From: Myxococcota bacterium
GTDB lineage: Bacteria > Myxococcota > JACRCW01
Assembly (NCBI GenBank): GCA_040752415.1
Contig: JBFMGU010000283.1
Coordinates: forward strand, 1 to 13,439
Length of the DNA: 13,439 nucleotides
Direction: 5' to 3'
The notes under the pieces are model-generated. The model worked only from the letters and a program-made list of their open reading frames with translations. It ran no database searches and was not told the origin of the DNA. A program made the position numbers and the translations under genes. Of the stretch, positions 1-8,239 are shown one piece after another; the first letter of the stretch is position 1; each line of letters opens with the position of its first letter.

Positions 1-17
1 GCCGTATGGTGTTGTTC

Positions 18-87
18 ACTTGAAAAGCCCTTTCGTCGGTTCCGGCTCTCGTCGCTGTGAGCTTGGATTGTCGGGGGCTTTTCAAGT
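18..87 (+). repeat. Long inverted repeat/hairpin (13-bp perfect terminal arms plus imperfect inner stem)
   Basis: ACTTGAAAAGCCC (18-30) and GGGCTTTTCAAGT (75-87) are exact reverse complements. The interior 33-51 pairs with 56-74 through Watson-Crick and G-T/U pairs around a TCGC loop (52-55). Confidence 0.85.
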
Positions 88-137
88 TTGATCCGTCATT
101 TCGTGTCGTCACGCGCTTGTTTTGGGATTAGGCTGCC

Positions 138-1790
138 ATGGCGGTGATCGTCCCGCGCGGACGGGGCTGGGAGCGGTCGGTGAGAGGCGCGGTGCTGCTG
201 GTGATCGCGGACGGGACGGCGCGCTCGGCGTTGGGCGAGGCGCTGTCGGCGCGCGGGTTCGCCGTCTTCGAGGCGCCGGATACCGCACACGCCATGGCCG
301 CGCTGGGGCGCGCACGCTTTGAGCTCATGGTGACCGAGCACGGGCCCCGTCCCCTCGCGCTCAAGGGCCTGTGCCTCCTGGCGCGCAAGCGTCACCTCAC
401 CATGCGAATCTTCGTCCTCAAGGCGCCCACGGCACAGCTGGACGCCGCCCATCTCCCCGACGTGGGAGAGCGCTACCTGGACGCGCGCATGAACGCCACC
501 ATGCTCGCCAACCAGATCTTTGCCGAGATGATGCGCGGCGGCATGGAGGAGTTCGACATCCCCAGCACCACGCAGGTGTGGAGCACGCTGGAAGCCGCCG
601 CCGAGGAGCAACGCACCCCGTTTGATGAGCCCGCCACCGCGGTGACGCCGCCACCGCAGATGATGGAGCCGTCGGTCACGCAGAACCTGGGCACCTGCGT
701 GCTGATTGGTGATTTCGAGGAGCAGAACGGCTCCGCGCTGCTCATGACCATCCTGGCGCAGGACCTCACGGGTTTCCTCAACGTCACCAACGGGCCCGCT
801 GAGGGGCTGCTGTACTTCTACATGGGTGAGCCGGTGTGGATGGAGGACGTCACCGGCGACGCGGGATTGCTGGTCCAGCTCATCCGGATGGGTCGCCTGC
901 CGCAGCGCGTGCGTCGCCCGGAGGTCCCGGAAGGCCAGCTGGTGAACGCGCTGGTGCAGTCCGGTGCGTTGTCCGCGCAGGCGGCGCAGGAGGCCATGCT
1001 CGTCCTCATCCGGCAGCGCGTGATGTCGCTGGTTGGTCAGCGGACGGGAACCTACAAGTTCCACGAGGAGCGCACCTTCGTCGACCGGCTTCCCCTGCTC
1101 AAGGTGAACAGCTTCGGCCTGCTCCTGGAAGCGCACCGCCAGCAGATGGGCGGAGACCGGCTGCGCGAGCTCACGCGCGCCTACGAGAACCATGCCCTGG
1201 TGGCGGGGCCCGCCCTGGATGCCGCCGCGCCGCGCATTGCGCCGTTCGTGCGCGGGGCGTACGTGGACAAGGTGTTGGCGGACGCCAAGCCGGTGACGAC
1301 GTTCTGGCGCGAGGTGGGCCTGGATGCGTTGGCCGGCACGCTGCTGGTGCACACCATGGTGGAAGCGCGCCTGGTCACCGTGCAGCGCAGCGTGGCCAGC
1401 TGGCGCGTGCCCACCGTGCGCCTCACGCCCCTTGCCCGCCAACGCACCGAGGAGTTCATGACGCTGCCGGACACGGAGATCGAGAACGTGTCGCTGGTGC
1501 AGGGTCGTCCCGAAGAGCAGAAGACGCGCGAGGAGATCATCCAGCTCTACCTGCGCATCAAGCCGCAGACCACCGCGTACGCCGTGCTGGGCGTGACGCC
1601 GGGCGCCGACCTGGCCACGGTGGAGCGAGCCTACCGCGGTCTGCTCACGCAGCTGGAACCGTCGCGCGTGCCCGGCGGTGCCAGCCAGGCGCTCCTGCAA
1701 TCCCATCTCCACGAGCTGCGACGGAAGGTGGACGCCGCGTACAACGTGCTGATGCGCGCGCAGACGGGACCGCGACGTTCACCCTGGTGA
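138..1790 (+). CDS. Multidomain protein: N-terminal receiver-like domain, central DUF4388-like domain, C-terminal degenerate DnaJ-like domain
   Basis: 550-aa ORF with strong GC3 bias. The N-terminus VLLVIAD...LSARGFAVFEAPDTAHAMAAL...FELMVTE has receiver-fold character. The centre GDFEEQNGSALLMTILAQDLTGFLNV...EGLLYFYMGEPV...LVQLIRMGRL...GTYKF resembles DUF4388. The C-terminus AYAVLGVTPGADLATVERAYRGLLTQLEPSR...VDAAYNVL is J-domain-like. Confidence 0.8.
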   Translation: MAVIVPRGRGWERSVRGAVLLVIADGTARSALGEALSARGFAVFEAPDTAHAMAALGRARFELMVTEHGPRPLALKGLCLLARKRHLTMRIFVLKAPTAQLDAAHLPDVGERYLDARMNATMLANQIFAEMMRGGMEEFDIPSTTQVWSTLEAAAEEQRTPFDEPATAVTPPPQMMEPSVTQNLGTCVLIGDFEEQNGSALLMTILAQDLTGFLNVTNGPAEGLLYFYMGEPVWMEDVTGDAGLLVQLIRMGRLPQRVRRPEVPEGQLVNALVQSGALSAQAAQEAMLVLIRQRVMSLVGQRTGTYKFHEERTFVDRLPLLKVNSFGLLLEAHRQQMGGDRLRELTRAYENHALVAGPALDAAAPRIAPFVRGAYVDKVLADAKPVTTFWREVGLDALAGTLLVHTMVEARLVTVQRSVASWRVPTVRLTPLARQRTEEFMTLPDTEIENVSLVQGRPEEQKTREEIIQLYLRIKPQTTAYAVLGVTPGADLATVERAYRGLLTQLEPSRVPGGASQALLQSHLHELRRKVDAAYNVLMRAQTGPRRSPW

Positions 1791-3983
1791 TCACGGGCAC
1801 TCCGTCAGCGTGGTGATCCAGTCCGAGATGAGCTGGACGCCCTGCTCGTCCACGCGCGTGGTGGCCAGCGGCGGCATGGCGTGCGCGTCCCGACGATCCA
1901 TGCGCGCACGGATGAGTGAACGCGCCGCGTCCCCGGGCAACAGGAGGCGCGCGCCGGTGATGCCCAGGTCTCCGAACAGCGGCGGCTCGTCGCACACGCC
2001 CAGGTCCGCGTCCGGCGTCCAGTGCAGGTAGTTCGCATTGCCCTGGCCGGTGCTCCCCGGGCGGTGACAGTACGCGCAGTTCACGTGCAGGTAGGCGCGG
2101 GCGCGTTCCGCCAGCGGCGCTTCACCGTCCAGCGCGGGGAGCGCGGGTTGCTGCTCCACCGACGGAGAGAGAGGCACCTGGAAGAGGCCGATGTGCTCCC
2201 AGGTCTTGAGCTGATTGGAGATGCGGTTGGTGGAATAGAGATGCTCACCGTTGAGCTGGCGCACTTCCAGCCCCAGGGAACGGCCCGCCGCACCGGTGTG
2301 ACAACGCATGCATTCCCCGCGACTGGGATGAATCCACGCATTGGCGCCCACCACCCGCGTCTTGCCGGCGGGCAGCAGCGCCGCGTCGGTCTCCGCGTCA
2401 TTCCACTCGTAGGAATAGCCGCCCCATTCCCCGTCGGGATGGCGCATCAGCAGACGCGTCTCCACCAGCTTCCCCTCCAGCCGGAAGCTCTTCATCAGCA
2501 CCGTGCCCACCGGCAGCTCCATGTCGCCGTTCTCGTCGATCTTGATGGTCTCTCCGTCGGGCAGCGCCATGAAGCGCTCCTTCACCGAGCCGTCCGACCA
2601 GAACGGGTCCATCACCGAGTAGGGAATCAGTCCCGCGGCGGGGCGCGTGGGATCGGCGGGGTCCACGCAGCCGGTCTGGCTCAGCGTCGTCGGAAAGGCG
2701 TCCTCGTTGGGGGTGCCGTCGGGTTCCAGGCGGTGGATGCCGCCGCGGTCGTAGCTGACCACGTAGACCTCTCCGACCTGGTCCTGCGCAAAGGTGGAGA
2801 TGTTCAGCCCGGAATCCAGCAGGACCTCCGCGGTGCGCTCTCCCGTGGCGCCATCCTCGACGACTCCCCAGACGCGACCGCTGCTGAAGTCGCCGTAGAT
2901 GTACACGCCCGCCAGCGCCGGGATGCGCGTGCCACGGTACACGTAGCCACCCGTCACGCTCTGTCCCTCGTTGTGACCGTAGTCCACCACCGGCTCGACA
3001 AAGGCGCCGGGGCAACTCTGGCGGTTGTAGCAGTGGGTCCCCTCCTTGATGTTCCACCCGTAGTTGCCCCCGCGCTGGATGATGTCCACCTCTTCCCAGA
3101 GGTTCTGTCCCACGTCGGCAACCCACAGCGCGCCCGTCTCGCGGTCAAAGCTGAAGCGCCAGGGATTGCGCAGGCCCCACGCGTAGATCTCGGGGAGGCC
3201 CTGGTCGCGGGTGAGCGGATTGTCGGCGGGAATGGCGTAGGCAGCTCCGTTGTCGACGTCAATGCGCAGCATCTTCCCGAGCAGCGACTGCAGGTCCTGG
3301 CCATTCTCCTCGGGGTCGCCGCCGCCGCCTCCGTCGCCAAAGCCGATGTAGAGGTAGCCGTCCGGACCGAAGGCGATCATGCCGCCATTGTGGTTGGAGG
3401 CGAACTGCGGGACGGTGAGCAGCACCTCCTCCGACGAGGGATCCACCTGCGTGCGCTCCGCATTGGTCCGGAAGCGCGAGATGACGCTGGTGAGCGCGTT
3501 CCCGTTCTGACCGGACGCGGTGTACGAGAGGAACACGTAACCGTTGCTGGCGAAGTTGGGATGGAACGCCATGCCCAGCAGCCCGGCCTCGCTGGGGTTG
3601 GACTCCACGCGGTCGATGATGTTGGCGAACACCGACGTATTGCTGACGGACGGATCGTTGGTGAACCGTTGCACGCGGCCCACCTTCTCCACGGCGTACC
3701 ATTGCGTGTTGTCGCCGGGCGCCTGGGTGAGGAGCACCACGCGTCGCAAGGTGGTCAGGTTGGGAAACGCGTCCACCAGCTCCACGTTCACCTCACCCTG
3801 CGGCCGCTCCGGCGCGCGACAACCCGGATTCGCGGGGCGGGTGTCCAGGCCGAACTCCGCGTGCACGGGTCCAGGCGGGTCTTCCGACGTGGGAGAGGGA
3901 GAGAAGGGATTGTTGGTGCAGCCGAGGCTCCCCAACGCGAGCGTCAGGGAGGTTGCGGCTGCGAGCCTGGCAGGGCTGCGCAT
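1791..3983 (-). CDS. Lipoprotein: PQQ-dependent glucose/sorbosone dehydrogenase-family propeller fused to an SO2930-like diheme c-type cytochrome domain
   Basis: 730 aa with lipobox LGSLG-C. GSDH motifs: EAGLLGMAFHPNF, NHNGGMIAFGPDGYLYIGFGDGG, LLGKMLRIDVD, GLRNPWRFSFD, GGNYGW. C-terminal module: FPTTLSQTG, FWSDGSVKERF, PVGTVLMKSF, VETRLL, CMRCH (2298-2312), RARAYLHVNCAYCH (CxxCH at 2064-2078), AMPPLA. Confidence 0.9.
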   Translation of the reverse strand: MRSPARLAAATSLTLALGSLGCTNNPFSPSPTSEDPPGPVHAEFGLDTRPANPGCRAPERPQGEVNVELVDAFPNLTTLRRVVLLTQAPGDNTQWYAVEKVGRVQRFTNDPSVSNTSVFANIIDRVESNPSEAGLLGMAFHPNFASNGYVFLSYTASGQNGNALTSVISRFRTNAERTQVDPSSEEVLLTVPQFASNHNGGMIAFGPDGYLYIGFGDGGGGGDPEENGQDLQSLLGKMLRIDVDNGAAYAIPADNPLTRDQGLPEIYAWGLRNPWRFSFDRETGALWVADVGQNLWEEVDIIQRGGNYGWNIKEGTHCYNRQSCPGAFVEPVVDYGHNEGQSVTGGYVYRGTRIPALAGVYIYGDFSSGRVWGVVEDGATGERTAEVLLDSGLNISTFAQDQVGEVYVVSYDRGGIHRLEPDGTPNEDAFPTTLSQTGCVDPADPTRPAAGLIPYSVMDPFWSDGSVKERFMALPDGETIKIDENGDMELPVGTVLMKSFRLEGKLVETRLLMRHPDGEWGGYSYEWNDAETDAALLPAGKTRVVGANAWIHPSRGECMRCHTGAAGRSLGLEVRQLNGEHLYSTNRISNQLKTWEHIGLFQVPLSPSVEQQPALPALDGEAPLAERARAYLHVNCAYCHRPGSTGQGNANYLHWTPDADLGVCDEPPLFGDLGITGARLLLPGDAARSLIRARMDRRDAHAMPPLATTRVDEQGVQLISDWITTLTECP

Positions 3984-4060
3984 GGGTGCACTTTAGCCTG
4001 GTTCGCGTGCCCGTCGTGAGCTTCGTGCGGGGGCCCCTGGGCCTGGGGCATCATGACGCC

Positions 4061-6661
4061 ATGTCCGGTCCATGCCGCGGGAGCCTGGTGAGACTCCTCG
4101 TCGCCTCTGCAGTCATCCCCCTCGTCCTTTCCGTCGGAGCGCGGGAGGCCGTCACGTTCGACCCGGGCCCACCCAACCTGGTGGTGCCCACGGGATTCAA
4201 GCCTGCGCCCGCACCCGTGTTCGAGCGCGCCCCGGAGTCCGACGTGCACCTGTGGTGGGGCGAGAAGCTGCTGATCCTGAGTGCCACCCATGGACTGCGG
4301 GTGTTGGAGGTCCCGGGCTTCCTGGATGTTGCCCTCACAACCACGCTGGCCACCTCGGGCCGGCCCGTGGCGCTCCTTGCCGACGCCAGCCGCGTTCATG
4401 CCGTCACCACGACGGGCGACCGCGCACCTCGCACCGTGGTCACCACCATCGACATGTCCCAACCACAACCGGCCACCCTGGGTGAGTGGAGCGTGTCCGG
4501 CCGGTGCGACTTCGCGAAGATGTTTGGCCAGGCGCTGGTGCTCAGTTGCGAACTGCTCGACGAGCCCAACGCGATGCAGCGGGTCCTCTCCTTGCGGCAG
4601 CAGGACGGTGCGTGGACCACCGTGGAGTCCCACGATTTTCCCTACACACCTGATGGCGAGTACACCTGGCACGCCGCCTCGAGCGACGACGCCCTCGTCC
4701 TGGCCACGGCGCTGTTCTCCCTCGAGGAAACCGCGAACGAGGATCGCTATCGCACCCGGATCACGCGGCTGGACTTCTCGTCGAGAGATGGCGCTTCCGT
4801 CCGAGGCGAAATCACCTTCCCCGGCAGGCCCCTCTTCTTCCACGAGGAAGGAGGTCTGCTGCGCGCGGTTGGCCAGCCGGAACACTTCAGCCAGGAGGTG
4901 CTGCTCACCCTGGTGGACGCGCACAACCCCGCCACGTTGGAGGAGGTGTCTCGCCTGACCGTGAGTGGAAGCCCGTGGGCAGCGGTCATGCGGGGTGACG
5001 ACGTCCTGCTCGCGTCCACCAGGCTGCAGTGGATTGAAGTGCACGACCCCACCCATCCCGTGGAGCGGGAGATGGATCCCACCGGCGACGTCGTCGGCAT
5101 GCCGGCGCTCATCGGCAATCACGTCCTCGCCACGGTAAGTCGCGCGCCAGATGTGGACCTTGCGCTTCTGGCGCTCGAGGGGGAACGGGCCCGGCTGGTG
5201 TCAACGTTGGCGGTATCGCCACCCTGGGACAGCTCGAACGGATGGATGCCGTTCAAGAACATTCTCGGGACCAACCTGGTCTTCCATCCCATCCAGCGTG
5301 GAACCGACACCGGCATGCGCCTGGTGGAGATGCGGCCGGATTCCCTTCTGCCACGCGGGGAGCTTCATGACGTGGGATGGGTGGAGCATGTCACCGCCGG
5401 GCTCGACGGGCGCCTGGTGACGACGTCCGATGCGCGCGTGATCCTGGTGGATGCCGCCAATCCGGACCAACCGCGGGAGGTGCAGCGGGTGGAGTTTGCG
5501 CGCACGGTGCTGCGACACGGCGCGCTGTCCAACGGGAGCCTGCTGCAGACGTCCTGGGATGAGATGGGCAATACCGTCGTCACTGTGCGGCGCGTGGATG
5601 AGCTCAACGACGGCGGGGCGCGCGCCCGGAAGGTGGTGCCCATGAACGTGGAGCACATGTTCATGCAGGGAGACCAGGCCCACCTGGTGGAGCTTCCCGC
5701 TGATGCTGCGTCGACGTCGTCCACGGCGATCCACGTGGTGACCCTGGACGCGAGCAATCCTGACCACCTCCAGGCGACCCAGGACCGCACCATCACCAGC
5801 AATGGACCGCTGTGGGGTCCGTATGGAGAGTCGCGCCCCGTGCTGATGGTGGGCACGACGTTGGTGGTGGCAGCGCCGGTCATGGACCCGTCGGTACCCG
5901 CCAACCGCGGTGGATGTGCCTGCGGCTATGTGGCGCTGGAGCCCCGCTATCACAGCGAAGTGGTCCTGTTGGACACCGCCGACCCTGCGGCCGTGGCGTC
6001 GACGCTGACGGTGTCACAGAACGAGTGGATCACGTCGCTGGTCCCGGCCGCGGACTCGCTGTTCGTCTCGGTGCACACCTGGGCCGACAACGGCCAACGA
6101 AGCATCACCCGCCTGGAAAGATGGGATCTCTCCGCGCCGCAGCAACCGCGACGGACCACGCTGGGAGAGGTGCCGGGGCCCGTGATCTCCGTCGTGGACG
6201 GCCGGCTCCTCCTGTCCCTTGAGCCTCCCGGCGACGAGGCGGCTCGCACCCAGATTCACGCCTTGCGCGCGACCGACGAAGGCATCCAGTTGCAGCGGAC
6301 CCATGTGCTCTCCGGTCGGGTGACCAGCGTGGGTTCTGGCGAAGGCGTGGCTTGCATGATCGCCGGCGCACCATTCGAGACGAAGCTGCGGTGCCTCACG
6401 CCGGACGCGGGAGAGGGCCCTCCGGTTGCGGTGGAAGTTGGGCCACTCTCCAGCGAGACCCAGGTGGTGACCGTGCAGGCCGACAAGGTGCTGTTGGCGG
6501 ATCATGATGGCGTGAGCTGGTTCGACCTCTCCGAGAACGGAACACCGACCGCGCGCGGATCCCAGGCGCTGCCCGGGTCCATCCTCGACGTGACCGTCGT
6601 CGACAACATCGCCGTCGTCGCCGCAGGTGCGCACGGAGCGTTCACGGTGCCGTTGCAGTGA
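4061..6661 (+). CDS. Large secreted beta-propeller repeat protein (LVIVD/Beta_propel-like), function unknown
   Basis: Long ORF. The start is moved from 3953, which overlaps the divergent gene, to ATG 4061, which precedes a hydrophobic signal-like segment (LVRLLVASAVIPLVLSVGA). Repeated blade-like motifs: TIDMSQPQP, LVDAHNPATL, EVHDPTHPV, LVDAANPDQP, TLDASNPDHL, WDLSAPQQP, and C-terminal VAAGAHGAFTVPL. The start codon is uncertain. Confidence 0.7.
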   Translation: MSGPCRGSLVRLLVASAVIPLVLSVGAREAVTFDPGPPNLVVPTGFKPAPAPVFERAPESDVHLWWGEKLLILSATHGLRVLEVPGFLDVALTTTLATSGRPVALLADASRVHAVTTTGDRAPRTVVTTIDMSQPQPATLGEWSVSGRCDFAKMFGQALVLSCELLDEPNAMQRVLSLRQQDGAWTTVESHDFPYTPDGEYTWHAASSDDALVLATALFSLEETANEDRYRTRITRLDFSSRDGASVRGEITFPGRPLFFHEEGGLLRAVGQPEHFSQEVLLTLVDAHNPATLEEVSRLTVSGSPWAAVMRGDDVLLASTRLQWIEVHDPTHPVEREMDPTGDVVGMPALIGNHVLATVSRAPDVDLALLALEGERARLVSTLAVSPPWDSSNGWMPFKNILGTNLVFHPIQRGTDTGMRLVEMRPDSLLPRGELHDVGWVEHVTAGLDGRLVTTSDARVILVDAANPDQPREVQRVEFARTVLRHGALSNGSLLQTSWDEMGNTVVTVRRVDELNDGGARARKVVPMNVEHMFMQGDQAHLVELPADAASTSSTAIHVVTLDASNPDHLQATQDRTITSNGPLWGPYGESRPVLMVGTTLVVAAPVMDPSVPANRGGCACGYVALEPRYHSEVVLLDTADPAAVASTLTVSQNEWITSLVPAADSLFVSVHTWADNGQRSITRLERWDLSAPQQPRRTTLGEVPGPVISVVDGRLLLSLEPPGDEAARTQIHALRATDEGIQLQRTHVLSGRVTSVGSGEGVACMIAGAPFETKLRCLTPDAGEGPPVAVEVGPLSSETQVVTVQADKVLLADHDGVSWFDLSENGTPTARGSQALPGSILDVTVVDNIAVVAAGAHGAFTVPLQ

Positions 6662-6663
6662 CC

Positions 6664-7668
6664 CTAATGGAGCAACCGCGGCGTTCCGCTGGAGGAGCGC
6701 GTGAGCATCCAGCCCAGCAACGCGGGCACCGCGGCCATCCCCAGCGCCTTGACCCGTCGACGCATCCGTGACGGCGGGTGACGCCAGCCGCCACTCACGC
6801 CCAGCCCATCATGCATGGGATGGAACAGCGCGCCGTCTCCGCGATGCGCCGGCCGGTGATGATCCACGTGTCCGCGTGCCACCGCCCGCGCCACAATCTG
6901 CTCCCCGAGCGCCGGCGCCAACCGGTATGGCATGGAGAGCACCCGCGCGGGGCCACCCACGAATGTCTCGCGCCGCGGAGAGCGCAACACCTCGACGATC
7001 TTCGACGCCACGCGCTCCGGCGCATACACCGGCGCCATGGGTTTCACCTCGTGGTCCAGGTAGTTGGCGGCGTGCGCGAAGAACGGCGTGTCCACGGCCG
7101 CGGGCAGGACCGTGCAGACGTGGATGTCGTTCAGCCCCTGCAGCAACAGCTCCTGGCGCAGACAGTCTCCCAGCACCCGCACGCCGTGCTTGCTGATGAC
7201 GTACGCGCTTGCCCACGGCTGGCCAATCTTGCCCACCACGGAAGACACGTTCACGAGGACACCGTGGCCACGCTGTCGGAACACGCGCAGCGCCTCCCGC
7301 GCGCCGTGGATGGTGCCAAACAGGTCGGTCTCCAGCGCGCGGCGGTAGGCAGCGGCGGGAATCTCGTCGAACCAGCCGTACAGCCCCACCGCGGCGTTGT
7401 TGATCCACGCATCCATCCGGCCGAGCTCCTGCATCACGCGCTCCGCCAGGGCGTGCACCTCCTCTTCGCGCGCCACGTCGGTGGGAACCACCAGCGCGCG
7501 ACCACCGAGCCGCCGGCACTGGAGCGCCACCTCCTCCAGCGCGTCTTCCCGTCGGGCGGCCAAGACCACGATGGCGCCACGACGGGCCAGGGCCAGGGCG
7601 GTGGCGCGTCCAATGCCGCTGGATGCTCCGGTGATGACCACGACGGCGTTGCGGAAATGCCGGATCAT
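6664..7668 (-). CDS. SDR family NAD(P)-dependent oxidoreductase with C-terminal hydrophobic tail
   Basis: Motifs ITGASSGIG, LAARR, WINNAA, NVSS and catalytic YVISK (YxxxK). ATG at 7668 is preceded by the RBS AGGGAGGAA, giving 334 aa. Confidence 0.92.
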   Translation of the reverse strand: MIRHFRNAVVVITGASSGIGRATALALARRGAIVVLAARREDALEEVALQCRRLGGRALVVPTDVAREEEVHALAERVMQELGRMDAWINNAAVGLYGWFDEIPAAAYRRALETDLFGTIHGAREALRVFRQRGHGVLVNVSSVVGKIGQPWASAYVISKHGVRVLGDCLRQELLLQGLNDIHVCTVLPAAVDTPFFAHAANYLDHEVKPMAPVYAPERVASKIVEVLRSPRRETFVGGPARVLSMPYRLAPALGEQIVARAVARGHVDHHRPAHRGDGALFHPMHDGLGVSGGWRHPPSRMRRRVKALGMAAVPALLGWMLTRSSSGTPRLLH

Positions 7669-7873
7669 GGGTTCCTCCCTCGTCGCCCGCGGGAATGCGG
7701 TCCCTGCCGCGGATCTACCGACGAGAACGGGGCGCTCATCCGCCCGCACGTCCGAGAACACGCCGGGCCATCACGGTTGCCGCCCCCCCGCGTCGTCGCT
7801 ACCTCGCATGCAGGGTCTGCGCGCCGACGAGGGTGCACCAGCCACGACGGCGCTTCACGCGGAGGTTGGCGTC

Positions 7874-8164
7874 ATGATGCAGGATCCCCTGGAGCGACAT
7901 CAGAAGCCCAACGTCGGTCAGACCAGGATCGGGACCGGGTACACCATCATCACCGGTGGCCAGTCCGTGCGACAGGCCGGCTGGTATTACGACGAGAAGA
8001 CGCACGAGCTGCGCTTCTTCCACGACGGTGACCGCGTCCCGCACCGCGGCGACCCCTGGGTCTACCTCTCGCCGGACGAAGGCGCCGACCGCGAGTCCCT
8101 GCTGCGCATCCTGCATGAGCGCGGCTGGCGCGGGGATGATTCCGTGGTCCACATGCACCACTGA
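7874..8164 (+). CDS. Small hypothetical protein (96 aa), possibly YjzC-like
   Basis: GGAGG RBS at 7861-7865 lies before ATG 7874/7877. Strong GC3 codon bias, and it fills the gap between the SDR and exoD. It is the 3' part of the listed 7397..8164 ORF. Confidence 0.75.
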   Translation: MMQDPLERHQKPNVGQTRIGTGYTIITGGQSVRQAGWYYDEKTHELRFFHDGDRVPHRGDPWVYLSPDEGADRESLLRILHERGWRGDDSVVHMHH

Positions 8165-8207
8165 CGACGTGACGCCGCAACACCTGCGCGCACGCGCCAC
8201 GGCGAGG

Positions 8208-8224
8208 CTGGCACAGGAATGGCA
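8208..8224 (+). promoter_or_regulatory. Candidate sigma-54 (-24/-12) promoter upstream of the exoD-like gene
   Basis: CTGGCACAGGAATGGCA has GG at 8210-8211 and GC at 8222-8223 with exact 10-nt spacing. The -24 box TGGCAC is perfect; the -12 box TGGCA differs from TTGCA by one base. Confidence 0.45.
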
Positions 8225-8239
8225 GGTTCAACCGGTGGC

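Noticed and set aside
1..137. Possible CRISPR leader or tRNA at the window start
   Set aside because: No repeat-spacer units and no cloverleaf or T-arm motif are visible within the window.
96..1712. 538-aa minus-strand ORF
   Set aside because: Antisense shadow of 138..1790. It is rich in His, Arg, Gln and Gly with no motifs, as expected opposite a high-GC3 gene.
1788..1793. Abutting convergent stop codons (TGATCA), and a 2-nt gap at 6662-6663, with no terminators
   Set aside because: Tight convergent packing is common in GC-rich bacteria and gives no evidence of a special mechanism.
2022..4019. 665-aa plus-strand ORF
   Set aside because: Antisense shadow of the dehydrogenase-diheme gene, with no recognisable domain.
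4048..4060. Near-palindrome GCATCATGACGCC, whose reverse complement recurs at 7868-7880, both at gene starts
   Set aside because: A few 13-bp matches are expected by chance in 13 kb of GC-biased DNA, and only two copies were seen.
8154..8164. Identical ending TGCACCACTGA (His-His-stop) in the small protein and exoD (8964-8974)
   Set aside because: An 11-bp match with no extended similarity is within chance expectation and not convincing as a target-site duplication.
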